A stretch of 64,000 bases of DNA from Microgenomates group bacterium. GTDB taxonomy: Bacteria; Patescibacteriota; Microgenomatia; PFEM01; JBNASD01. The notes under the pieces were generated by a model. It worked only from the letters and a program-made list of their open reading frames with translations. It did not search any database and was not told the origin of the DNA. The position numbers and the translations under genes were made by a program. Shown piece after piece: positions 37,440 through 46,924 of the stretch. Each line of letters opens with the position of its first letter. The stretch's first letter is position 1. Location of the stretch: assembly GCA_049720225.1 (NCBI GenBank), contig JBNASD010000004.1:1117-65116 (forward strand). Reading direction: 5' to 3'.

Positions 37440-39445
37440 TTTGGCCATTCAGTAATAATTAAGGGTGTTTTTCTTTGGGGTAGTTTTTGCCAGATTTCTT
37501 CGGTAACAAAAGGAGCAAAGGGGTGTAAAATTTTAAGAGAAGTTTCCAAAACATAAAGTAAAATTGGCTGGGCATCTTTTTTTCGAGCTTTACTTTTTTC
37601 AATATAGACGTCGCAAAATTTATGCCAGAAAAATTGATAAATTTCCTCTAGTGCTAAATCAAATCGGTATTTTTTAATAAAATGGGTAACCTTTTTTACG
37701 GTTTTTTTGGTTTCCGTTAAAATCCACTTATCATCAGGGTTGGTAATATTATTTAAGTTTTTAATTATTGAGATACTATCAGGGCATTCTTGATTTAATA
37801 AAACAAATCGAGAAGCATTCCAAATTTTATTAGTAAAATTTCGCCAAGCGATAATTTTTTCTTCCCCAATTTTTATATCATTTCCGGGGGCGTTGCCGGC
37901 AATTAAGGCCATCCTTAAAGCATCGGCACCATATTTTTTAACCATATCCAGAGGATCAAATCCAATTCCTGCGGTTTTACTAAATTTTCTTCCCTTTTCA
38001 TCGCGGACTAATCCATGAAGATAAACTATTTTGAAAGGAATCTTGCCTGTCATTTCCAAACACATCATAATTTCGCGGGCAACCCAGAAGAATAAAATAT
38101 CATAACCGGTTTCTCTTACGGTGGTAGGATAAAAATATTGAAAATCTTTGGTTTTTTGGGGCCAGCCAAAAACAGAAATTGGCCATAAAGCGGAAGAAAA
38201 CCAGGTATCCAAGACGTCTTCTACACCAGGAAGAGGAATTTTATGTCCCCACCATAGTTGGCGAGAGATACACCAGTCTTTGATATTTTCTAACCAGTGA
38301 AAATAAATTTTTTCAAAACGTTTTGGGAAGATTTTTATTTCACCAGTTTTTACTGCTTTAATTGCTTTTTTAGCTAATGGTTGAGTTTTAACAAACCATT
38401 GTTTAGAAATTAAAGGTTCGATTATCGTATTACATCGTTGGCAATGACCAACCTTATGAGTAATTTCTTCAATTTTTTCAATAAATCCATTTTTTTGCAG
38501 ATCTTTAACTACTTTTTCTCTTCCTTCTTTTACTGATAAACCTTGATATTTTCCGGTTAAGGCAGTTAATTGTCCATCAAAATCAACAGCTATTAATATT
38601 TTTAATTTATGGCGTTGACCAATTTCAAAGTCTAAAGGATCATGTCCAGGAGTAATTTTTAAAGCTCCCGTTCCAAATTTTGGATCAACCGCTTCATCTT
38701 CAATTACAGGAATTTTTCTTTCAGTTAAAGGGATGGGGATTAATTGACCAACTAAAGATTTATATTTTTTATTACTGGGATGAATTGCCACCGCGACATC
38801 GGCAAAAATAGTTTCCGGTCGAGTGGTGGCAATGGTAATTGGACCATACCTTAAATAATAAAGCTTCCCTTTTTCTTCTTTATAAATATTTTCTAAATCA
38901 GAAATAGCGGTGTGACAAGAAGGGCACCAATTAACAATTCTTTCTCCTTGATAGATTAATCCCTTACGATAAAGTCGAAGAAACGCTTCTTTAACTGCTT
39001 GAGAGCGAATTTTATCCATCGTATAAGCTTCTCGACTCCAATCTAAAGAAAAACCTAATTTTTTGAGTTGCTGGCGAATGTAATTTTTGGAATTTTCCGC
39101 AAAAGCGGTTGCCCTTTTTAAGAATTCCTTTTTGCCAACTTGATTTTTAGTTTTTCCTTCTGCTAATAATTGCTTACAAACTAAATATTCCACCGCGATT
39201 GAAGCATGATCAAAGCCGGGGAGCCATAAAGTGGGATCTCCCTTCATTCGGTGATAACGGACCATAATGTCTTCTACAACATACATTGCATGGCCTGCAT
39301 GGAGAGAGCCGGTAACATTTGGTGGAGGAAGGGTAATTACAAAAGGTTTTCTTTTTTTATCAATTTTTGGGGTAAACCAACCACCTTTTTCCCAAAATTG
39401 ATAAATCTTTTCTTCAACTTTTTTTGGGTCGTATTGTTTATCCAT
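37436..39445 (-). CDS. valS: Valyl-tRNA synthetase, short form
   Basis: PPPNVTGSLHAGH, DWCISRQLWWGH, DVLDTWFSS, KFSKT. Confidence 0.95.
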   Translation of the reverse strand: MDKQYDPKKVEEKIYQFWEKGGWFTPKIDKKRKPFVITLPPPNVTGSLHAGHAMYVVEDIMVRYHRMKGDPTLWLPGFDHASIAVEYLVCKQLLAEGKTKNQVGKKEFLKRATAFAENSKNYIRQQLKKLGFSLDWSREAYTMDKIRSQAVKEAFLRLYRKGLIYQGERIVNWCPSCHTAISDLENIYKEEKGKLYYLRYGPITIATTRPETIFADVAVAIHPSNKKYKSLVGQLIPIPLTERKIPVIEDEAVDPKFGTGALKITPGHDPLDFEIGQRHKLKILIAVDFDGQLTALTGKYQGLSVKEGREKVVKDLQKNGFIEKIEEITHKVGHCQRCNTIIEPLISKQWFVKTQPLAKKAIKAVKTGEIKIFPKRFEKIYFHWLENIKDWCISRQLWWGHKIPLPGVEDVLDTWFSSALWPISVFGWPQKTKDFQYFYPTTVRETGYDILFFWVAREIMMCLEMTGKIPFKIVYLHGLVRDEKGRKFSKTAGIGFDPLDMVKKYGADALRMALIAGNAPGNDIKIGEEKIIAWRNFTNKIWNASRFVLLNQECPDSISIIKNLNNITNPDDKWILTETKKTVKKVTHFIKKYRFDLALEEIYQFFWHKFCDVYIEKSKARKKDAQPILLYVLETSLKILHPFAPFVTEEIWQKLPQRKTPLIITEWPN

Positions 39446-39467
39446 TTAAGCTTTATTTTACCATCTT

Positions 39468-40019
39468 TTATTTTTGTTTTAAACAGAAAGTTTTGAGATT
39501 TTTATAAAGTGGTCCCTGAGCATCTAAGAAACTTTGTTTTAAAGAAATTTCCTTTATTAAAAATTTAGAGTTTTTGATTTTAATAACTTTAGTTAATTTT
39601 TCAATATTTTTAGGAATTTTTAATCGACATAAAGTAAGATGAGGAATAAAAGGTTTAGGATCAAACCAGATATTTTCTTTTTTAAATGATTTTTGGACCT
39701 CTCTTAAAAATGAATCAATTTTTTCGTCTTCTTTCCTAAGAAAAAGAGCAATAATTTTTGCCTGAGTAGGAGAAGGAAAAGCGGATATTTTTTCTAGAGA
39801 AAAAGCAAAAGGAGAATAACTATTAGTGACCGAATTGAGAATTTTTTTTATCTTTGGAAGTTTTTCTTTTTTAGTTTCTCCTAAAAAAATTAAGGTGAGG
39901 TGACTTAATGAAGGTTTAACCCACCGTCCGTTTATTTTCTCTTTTTTAACTTTTTCTTGAATAATTAAGAATTCTTTTTTTATTTCTAGGGGAACTTCTC
40001 CACTAATAAATAATCTCAT
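39468..40019 (-). CDS. thpR: RNA 2',3'-cyclic phosphodiesterase (2H family)
   Basis: Two HLTL motifs, MRLFI start. Confidence 0.88.
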   Translation of the reverse strand: MRLFISGEVPLEIKKEFLIIQEKVKKEKINGRWVKPSLSHLTLIFLGETKKEKLPKIKKILNSVTNSYSPFAFSLEKISAFPSPTQAKIIALFLRKEDEKIDSFLREVQKSFKKENIWFDPKPFIPHLTLCRLKIPKNIEKLTKVIKIKNSKFLIKEISLKQSFLDAQGPLYKNLKTFCLKQK

Positions 40020-40064
40020 TTTAAATATTCTTTCATTTTTTTATTTATGTTAATATTAACTTAT

Positions 40065-41663
40065 ATGGATAATCTAAATCAAAAATCACCATTTTTTAAT
40101 TTAGATTCTTCTGATAATTTAAAACAACCAATAACAGAAAATTCTTCTGATTTAGAAAAGCCGATGAATAACCTTCCTCCTTCTGAGGAAAAAAGTCCTT
40201 TTTCTGAAGAGAACCTTTCTCCAAATGATTCTAACTCTGAACAAACAACAAATTCTGCTTCTTTTTCTTCCGAACAATCGCCAATTTCCTCCCCAGAAGA
40301 AGGAACTGGTTTTTCAAATAATTCACTTATTACCCCTCAGTCCTCTAAGCTACGCAAAATTTTATTAATTTTAGGCGGAATTTTTTTTATTTTGTTGATA
40401 TTTTTTTTAAGTTTTAAATTTATTCTTCCTCGTTTTCAAAAACAAAAACAAATTACCTTAACTTACTGGGGCTTATGGGAGCCCGAAACAGTAATGAACG
40501 CAATAATCGCTGATTGGGAAAAAGAAAACCCCAATATTAAAGTGAATTATATCCAACAAAACCATCGGGAATATCGAGAAAGATTACAATCCGCGTTGGC
40601 TCGAGAAGAAGGGCCAGATATTTTTCGATTTCATCTTACATGGGTCCCAATGCTTAAAAACGAATTGGAGCCAATTCCTTCTACTGTGATGACTGCTTCC
40701 GAATTTGAGCAAAGTTTTTATCCGGTAATTACGGAAAACTTAAGGTATCAAACTGGCTTTTTAGGCATTCCTTTAATGGTCGATACCTTAGCTTTATTTT
40801 ACAATGAAGATATTTTTTTAGCTGCCGGAAAAGTTCCTCCTAAAAATTGGCAAGAGTTAAGGCAGGTTGCTTTAGATTTAACAATTAAAGACGAGGAGGG
40901 ACGGATTCAAACTGCCGGAGTTGCTTTGGGGACGACCAACAATGTTGATCATTGGTCTGATATTTTAGGATTAATGATGCTTCAAAATGGAGTCGATCTA
41001 ACTAATCCTGGTTTTTGTTACAAAAAACAAAAAGAGGTTTGTCTAGGAGAAGACGCTTTAAATTTTTATACCATTTTTTATCGGGTTGATCGAGTGTGGG
41101 ATGAAACTTTACCTTCTTCTACTCAAGCTTTTGCTGCCGGTAAATTAGCCATGTATTTTGGACCTTCTTGGCGGGTTTTCGATATTAAAGCAATCAATCC
41201 TAAACTAAATTTTAAAATAATTCCTGTTCCTCAAATTTCAGAAAATGAGGTTAATTGGGCTACTTTTTGGGTAGAAGGAGTAGCCAAAAAAAGCAAGTAT
41301 AAACAAGAAGCTTTTAAATTTTTAAAATTTTTAAGTTCTCCCTCAACATTAGAAAAACTTTATCAAGCAGAATCTAATTTACGGCTTTTTGGTGAAATTT
41401 ATCCTCGAAAAGAAATGGCCGAAAAATTAAAAGATAATCCTTTTGTTGCTCCTTTTCTTGAACAAATAACTACCGCCAAAACATGGTGGCTTTGTTCTTT
41501 TACTTGGGATAACGGAATTAATGATCGGATGATTAAGTATTTTGAAGATGCAGTAAATGCGGTCAATCAAGGAAAAACAGCTAAAGAGGCATTAGAAACA
41601 ACTACTCAAGGAATAGGACAACTTCTTTCTCAATACGGAATAAGCACTAGCGTTATTAGATGA
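40065..41663 (+). CDS. TM-anchored sugar-type extracellular solute-binding protein
   Basis: Disordered N-terminus, TM, LTYWG, GPDIF, LFYNEDIF, FAAGKLAM; start may be 40047. Confidence 0.82.
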   Translation: MDNLNQKSPFFNLDSSDNLKQPITENSSDLEKPMNNLPPSEEKSPFSEENLSPNDSNSEQTTNSASFSSEQSPISSPEEGTGFSNNSLITPQSSKLRKILLILGGIFFILLIFFLSFKFILPRFQKQKQITLTYWGLWEPETVMNAIIADWEKENPNIKVNYIQQNHREYRERLQSALAREEGPDIFRFHLTWVPMLKNELEPIPSTVMTASEFEQSFYPVITENLRYQTGFLGIPLMVDTLALFYNEDIFLAAGKVPPKNWQELRQVALDLTIKDEEGRIQTAGVALGTTNNVDHWSDILGLMMLQNGVDLTNPGFCYKKQKEVCLGEDALNFYTIFYRVDRVWDETLPSSTQAFAAGKLAMYFGPSWRVFDIKAINPKLNFKIIPVPQISENEVNWATFWVEGVAKKSKYKQEAFKFLKFLSSPSTLEKLYQAESNLRLFGEIYPRKEMAEKLKDNPFVAPFLEQITTAKTWWLCSFTWDNGINDRMIKYFEDAVNAVNQGKTAKEALETTTQGIGQLLSQYGISTSVIR

Positions 41664-42520
41664 AAAAAGCAGTTTTAGCAACTTTAGCTTACGCGGATAT
41701 TTTTGATTATCCCCTTAAAAAAGAAGAAATTTGGTTATTTCTTATTGGTAAAAAAGGAAAAAAGGAGAAAGTAAACAAGATAATAGAAGAGCTTCTTTCT
41801 TTAAAAATAATTGAAAAAAAATCAGATTTTTATTTTTTAAAAGGAAGAAAAAAGATAGTTTCTTTAAGAAAAAAAAGAGAGAAAGAAAACGAAAAGAAAT
41901 TAAAAAAAGCTTTTAAAATCGCTAATTTTCTAAAAATAATTCCGGGAATAAAAATGGTGGCAATTAGTGGAGCGGTAGCAATGAAGAATGCAAAAGAGGA
42001 GGACGACATTGATTTTTTAATTGTTACTAAAAAAAATTGGATGTGGACGGTGAGGTTTTTAGCGGTGATTTTATTGGAAATTTTAGGTTGTCGGCGTCGT
42101 CCAAATGATAAAAATGTAAAAGACAAGATTTGTCTTAATATGTTTATTACTGAAGATAAATTAAAAATTCCTAAAAAAGACTGGAATTTATTTATTGCTC
42201 ATGAAATTTGTCAATTAAAGCCTTTATGGGAAAAAGATAATGTTTATTGGCGATTTTTAGAAGAAAATCAGTGGATTAAAGATTATTTACCTAATTATTT
42301 TTTTTCTCTTAGGGAAAAAGCTCTATCTTTAAAAAAAAGTAAAGAAAGATTTTCCTTTAATCCTTTAGAAAAAATTTTAAAATTTTTTCAGCTTTGGTAT
42401 ATGAAAAAAAGAATCACCCAAGAAAAAATTTCTTCGGGAATACTTCGATTTCACCCTCATGATTTAAAAAAAGAGATTCTTAATGAATACCAAAAGAAAT
42501 TAAAAATATTAAGAGTATAA
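41660..42520 (+). CDS. Nucleotidyltransferase-domain protein
   Basis: ISGAVA...DDIDFLIV (Pol beta-like). Confidence 0.7.
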   Translation: MKKAVLATLAYADIFDYPLKKEEIWLFLIGKKGKKEKVNKIIEELLSLKIIEKKSDFYFLKGRKKIVSLRKKREKENEKKLKKAFKIANFLKIIPGIKMVAISGAVAMKNAKEEDDIDFLIVTKKNWMWTVRFLAVILLEILGCRRRPNDKNVKDKICLNMFITEDKLKIPKKDWNLFIAHEICQLKPLWEKDNVYWRFLEENQWIKDYLPNYFFSLREKALSLKKSKERFSFNPLEKILKFFQLWYMKKRITQEKISSGILRFHPHDLKKEILNEYQKKLKILRV

Positions 42521-42527
42521 TTAAGCT

Positions 42528-45416
42528 ATGAGTAAAGAGGAAAAAGTTCTTAATTCTCAACAAAAATTAGCAATAGAATACACTGAGGGGCCGTTATTAA
42601 TTATTGCTGGCGCAGGGACAGGAAAAACAACGGTAATTACGGAAAAAATTAAATATTTAATTAATTCAGGAAAAGCAAAATCAGAAGAAATCTTAGCTTT
42701 AACTTTTACAGAAAAAGCGGCTCGAGAAATGGAAGAAAGAGTAGATTTAGCCTTACCTTATGGTTATACGGAAATGTGGATTTCTACTTTTCATTCTTTT
42801 TGTGATCGAATTTTAAGAGCGGAAGCTTTAGAAATAGGTTTAGATCCCGGATATAAATTAATGACTGAGGCAGAAACGGTTCAATTTTTAATTAAAAATA
42901 TTTTTAATTTTAAACTCAAGTATTTTCGTCCTTTAGGAAATCCTAATAAATTTATTGAGGGGATTTTACAACATTTTTCTCGGTTAAAAGACGAAGACGT
43001 TACTCCTGAGGAATATCTTTTGTGGATAAAAAATCAAAAAAATACCTCAAAACTTTCTTTAGAAGAAAAAGAAAAATACGAAGAACTAGCGGAAGCTTAT
43101 CAAAAATATGAAGAATTAAAAGTTAAAGAAGGAGTAATGGATTTTTCCGATTTAATTAGTAATACTTTAAAGCTTTTTCGAAGAAGAAGGACAATTCTTA
43201 AAAAATACCAACAACAATTTAAGTATATTTTAGTTGATGAGTTTCAAGATACTAATTACGCTCAATACGCTTTACTTAAAGAATTAGCTCCTCCTGATAA
43301 GAAACCAAATTTAACAGTGGTTGGTGATGATTCCCAGTCAATTTTTAAATTTCGGGGAGCAGCGATTTCTAACATTTTGCAATTTATGGAAGAGTATAAA
43401 GGAGCTAAACAAGTAGTATTAATTAAAAATTATCGTTCTACCCAAACTATTCTTGATCATGCTTATCGGTTAATTAAACATAATGATCCGGATACTTTAG
43501 AAGCAAAGTTGGGCATCAGCAAAAATCTTAAAGCAATAAGAAAGACAAAAGAATCTCCAATTGAATTTATTTATAAAGAAAGAGTTGAAGACGAAGCAGA
43601 GGCAGTAGCGGAAAAAATAAAATTTCTTAAAACAAAAATAAAAGATTTACAATGGAAAGATTTTGCAATTTTAGTAAGAGCTAATAATCATGCCGATCCT
43701 TTTGTAAGGGCTTTTATTCGCCAAGGAATTCCTTATCAATTTTTAGGTCCAGGTAAACTTTTTCGTCAACCAGAAGTAAAAGATTTAATTGCCTATCTTA
43801 AGGTTTTATATAATTTTGAGGACAATGTTTCCTTTTACCGAGTGTTATCGATGGAAATTTTTGAATTGCCTCCTCGAGATTTAGCAGCAATAAATAATTA
43901 TGCCTTAAAAAAGAAAATAAGTCTTTTTGAGGCTTGCGAGGAGATTGAAAAAATTTTTGTTCGACCAGACACAAGGGAGAAAATTAAAAAGATTGTAGCA
44001 ATGATTAATCGCCATTTAAAATTAATTCCTCAACAAACCGCCGGGCAAATTCTTTATTATTTTTTGGAAGATAGTGGATTACTTAAGAAATTAACCCGAT
44101 ATCAAACAGTAAAAGAAGAAAAACAAGCACAAAATATTTCTAAATTTTTTGATCGGTTAAAAACTTATGAAATGGATCATGAAGACGCTTCTGTTTTTGC
44201 GGTTGTTGATTGGATTAATCTTTCTTTAGAATTAGGAGAATCCCCTTTGGCGGCTAATTATGATTGGATAGACGAGGACAAAGTAAATATTTTAACAGTT
44301 CATTCTGCTAAGGGATTAGAGTTCAGGGTGGTTTTTTTAGTTAATTTAGTAGCAGGAAGATTTCCTACTTGGGAAAGAAAAGAAACCATTCCTATTCCTG
44401 AGGCGTTGATTAAAGAAATTCTTCCCTCAGGAGATTATCATCTTCAAGAAGAAAGGCGACTTTTTTATGTGGGAATGACACGAGCTCGTGATTATCTTTT
44501 CTTTACGGCGGCAAATTATTATGGAGAGGGAAAAAGAGAAAGAAAAATTTCTCCTTTTGTTTTTGAAGCTTTAGGGAAAAAACCGGAAGAGGTTTTTTCT
44601 CCTTCTTCAGAAAAAGAATTGCAATTAAGTCTTTTAAGTTGGCAAACCATTACTCCGCCAGAAGAAAAAAATAATAATTCTTTACCAATAACTTACCTTT
44701 CTTATTCCCAAATAGAAGCTTTTAATAACTGCCCTTTACAATATCGCTATCGGTATATTCAAAGAATTCCAATTGCTCCTTCAGCCGCTCAAAGTTTTGG
44801 CGATTCTTTACATAAAACTTTAAAAGAATTTTATTTGCAGATTAAAAAGGGTAAAAAATTGAAAGAGGAAGATTTAATTTCCTTATTGACTAAAAATTGG
44901 GTTTCTGAAGGATATGCCAGTAAAATTCATGAAAAACAAGCAAAAGAAAAAGGAGAGGAAATTTTAAGAAATTTTTTTAGGAAAGAGTTTAATCCAAAAA
45001 AAATTCCCAAATTTCTGGAACAGTCATTCGTAATCAAACTTTCTCCCCAATTAAAAATAAAAGGAAAAATAGATCGAATTGATGAAGAAGGAGAAAAGTT
45101 AGAAATAATTGATTATAAAACAGGAAAATCGTGGGAGCAAAAAGAAGTTGATAAGTCGTTACAGATGACGGTGTACGCCTTAGCGGTTACTGATCAGGGA
45201 ATTTTTGCTAAAAAACCAGAAAATGTTGTTTTAAGTTTTTATTTTTTAGAAACTGGAGAGAAGAAATCAACTGTTCGAACAAAAGAGCAATTAGAGGAAG
45301 CAAAAAAAGAACTTTTAAAAAAAGCAAAAGAAATTGAAGAAAGTAATTTTGAACCTCGTCCTTCAAATCTCTGTGATTTTTGTGAATATCGATTATTATG
45401 TGAAGCCTGGATTTAG
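42528..45416 (+). CDS. UvrD-like SF1 helicase fused to PD-(D/E)xK nuclease
   Basis: AGAGTGKT, DEFQD, HSAKGLEF, EERRLFYVGMTRA; GKIDRID, IDYKTG, CP...CDFC..C. Confidence 0.9.
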   Translation: MSKEEKVLNSQQKLAIEYTEGPLLIIAGAGTGKTTVITEKIKYLINSGKAKSEEILALTFTEKAAREMEERVDLALPYGYTEMWISTFHSFCDRILRAEALEIGLDPGYKLMTEAETVQFLIKNIFNFKLKYFRPLGNPNKFIEGILQHFSRLKDEDVTPEEYLLWIKNQKNTSKLSLEEKEKYEELAEAYQKYEELKVKEGVMDFSDLISNTLKLFRRRRTILKKYQQQFKYILVDEFQDTNYAQYALLKELAPPDKKPNLTVVGDDSQSIFKFRGAAISNILQFMEEYKGAKQVVLIKNYRSTQTILDHAYRLIKHNDPDTLEAKLGISKNLKAIRKTKESPIEFIYKERVEDEAEAVAEKIKFLKTKIKDLQWKDFAILVRANNHADPFVRAFIRQGIPYQFLGPGKLFRQPEVKDLIAYLKVLYNFEDNVSFYRVLSMEIFELPPRDLAAINNYALKKKISLFEACEEIEKIFVRPDTREKIKKIVAMINRHLKLIPQQTAGQILYYFLEDSGLLKKLTRYQTVKEEKQAQNISKFFDRLKTYEMDHEDASVFAVVDWINLSLELGESPLAANYDWIDEDKVNILTVHSAKGLEFRVVFLVNLVAGRFPTWERKETIPIPEALIKEILPSGDYHLQEERRLFYVGMTRARDYLFFTAANYYGEGKRERKISPFVFEALGKKPEEVFSPSSEKELQLSLLSWQTITPPEEKNNNSLPITYLSYSQIEAFNNCPLQYRYRYIQRIPIAPSAAQSFGDSLHKTLKEFYLQIKKGKKLKEEDLISLLTKNWVSEGYASKIHEKQAKEKGEEILRNFFRKEFNPKKIPKFLEQSFVIKLSPQLKIKGKIDRIDEEGEKLEIIDYKTGKSWEQKEVDKSLQMTVYALAVTDQGIFAKKPENVVLSFYFLETGEKKSTVRTKEQLEEAKKELLKKAKEIEESNFEPRPSNLCDFCEYRLLCEAWI

Positions 45417-45454
45417 TCTTTACTTTTAATAATAGTTTTCTTTATACTTAAATT

Positions 45455-46006
45455 ATGACTGCCCAAACATCAACGATCGAGTTTCTTCCTCAAGAAGATT
45501 GGGAAAAGGGCGTAATTGGGAAGATTCTTAAATGGATTATTACCATTGGTCGACATATTGTGATTTTTACCGAGTTAATTGTAATTTTAGCTTTTTTATC
45601 TCGTTTTAAACTTGACCGTGATTTAACTGATCTAGGAGAAAAAATTAAACAACAACAGGCAATTATTAACTCCTGGTCTTCTTTTGAAAAAGAATTTCGT
45701 TTCTTACAAACCCGTTTAGAGAAAATTGAGAAAATTGAAAAGGAACAAATTGTAGTAGGAGAAATTCTTGCAGAAATAAGTCAAAAAATTCCCACCGAAG
45801 TTTCTCTTTCTTCTTTGGAAGTGAGTAAGGATGGAAAAATTACTTTTACCGCTTCTTCTTTAACAGAAAGGGGAGTAGGATTATTTTTAACTAATCTTAA
45901 AAAATCAAATTTATTTAAAGAGGTTAGTTTAACATCTATTAGTTTAAATCAAGAAAAAGGAAGTGAAATTAAATTTCAGATAGAATGTTTATTAAATAAA
46001 AAGTAA
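45455..46006 (+). CDS. pilN: PilN-like type IV pilus alignment protein
   Basis: IEFLP N-terminus, TM, coiled coil, IPTEVSLSSL, LKKSNLF. Confidence 0.7.
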   Translation: MTAQTSTIEFLPQEDWEKGVIGKILKWIITIGRHIVIFTELIVILAFLSRFKLDRDLTDLGEKIKQQQAIINSWSSFEKEFRFLQTRLEKIEKIEKEQIVVGEILAEISQKIPTEVSLSSLEVSKDGKITFTASSLTERGVGLFLTNLKKSNLFKEVSLTSISLNQEKGSEIKFQIECLLNKK

Positions 46007-46624
46007 ATGGAAAATTTACAAATTTTTGATTACCATCGTTATCGGCGATATTTTAGAAGTATTAAACATTTTTATTTACAGAAAAGAGTAAGGGTTTATA
46101 CTGAAGTAGTTTTCACTCTTTTTACTATTACTTTCTTTCTCTTTTTTGCCATTCGTCCAACCTTAATTACTATCAGTAGTTTAATAAAAGAAATCAAAGA
46201 AAAAAGAGAGGTAGTTCAGGCACTAGAAAATAAAATTAATGCTTTAACAGTGGCCAGTAGCAATTATCAAAAAATTGAGGGAGATCTTTATTTGGTTGAT
46301 CAAGCATTGCCTCAAGGTGCTACTTTTGGCGATTTGGTTACTCAAATAGAGGTTCTTGCTTTTAAAAAGGGCGTTGTTATTGAAAATTTCCAAGCTTCCC
46401 ACTTAACAATTAAAGAAAAAAATATTCTTGATCCAGAAAAAGAAATTGAATTCAATTTAACAGTTGTTGGTGAATATCAAAATCTAAAAGAATTTCTAAA
46501 TAGTTTCTCTAATTTAAGAAGGTTAATTATTTTAGAAAATATTAGCTTTAAAGAACAAAAAAAAGAAACTTCTAATTTGATTTTAACTTTAAGATGTAAA
46601 GCATTTTCTTTGGCTAAAAAATGA
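46007..46624 (+). CDS. pilO: PilO-like protein
   Basis: TM, coiled coil, ALP, GEYQNLKEFL..LRRLI. Confidence 0.75.
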   Translation: MENLQIFDYHRYRRYFRSIKHFYLQKRVRVYTEVVFTLFTITFFLFFAIRPTLITISSLIKEIKEKREVVQALENKINALTVASSNYQKIEGDLYLVDQALPQGATFGDLVTQIEVLAFKKGVVIENFQASHLTIKEKNILDPEKEIEFNLTVVGEYQNLKEFLNSFSNLRRLIILENISFKEQKKETSNLILTLRCKAFSLAKK

Positions 46625-46920
46625 AAGAAGGAATAAAACTAGGAAAAAATACATTGATTTTAGCAATAATGACCTTAATTACCGTTATTGTTTGGATTGG
46701 GGTAGAGGTCTATTCTACTCTTCAAAAAACGACTATTCCTCAAGTAACCAGAGACCAAATGACAAAACTAGATCCTACTTTTAAAGAAAATGTGATTAGA
46801 GAATTGGAAAAAAGAGTGTGGTTTTCTGAAGAAGAATTTATTAATTTAAATTTTTCACAATTAGTTTCCTCTTTAGAGGAGGGTATACCAAGTACTTTAT
46901 CGGGAAAAATAACCAGGTAA
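46621..46920 (+). CDS. Small membrane-anchored protein (PilP position)
   Basis: Single TM; overlaps pilO stop. Confidence 0.65.
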   Translation: MKEGIKLGKNTLILAIMTLITVIVWIGVEVYSTLQKTTIPQVTRDQMTKLDPTFKENVIRELEKRVWFSEEEFINLNFSQLVSSLEEGIPSTLSGKITR

Positions 46921-46924
46921 GGAA

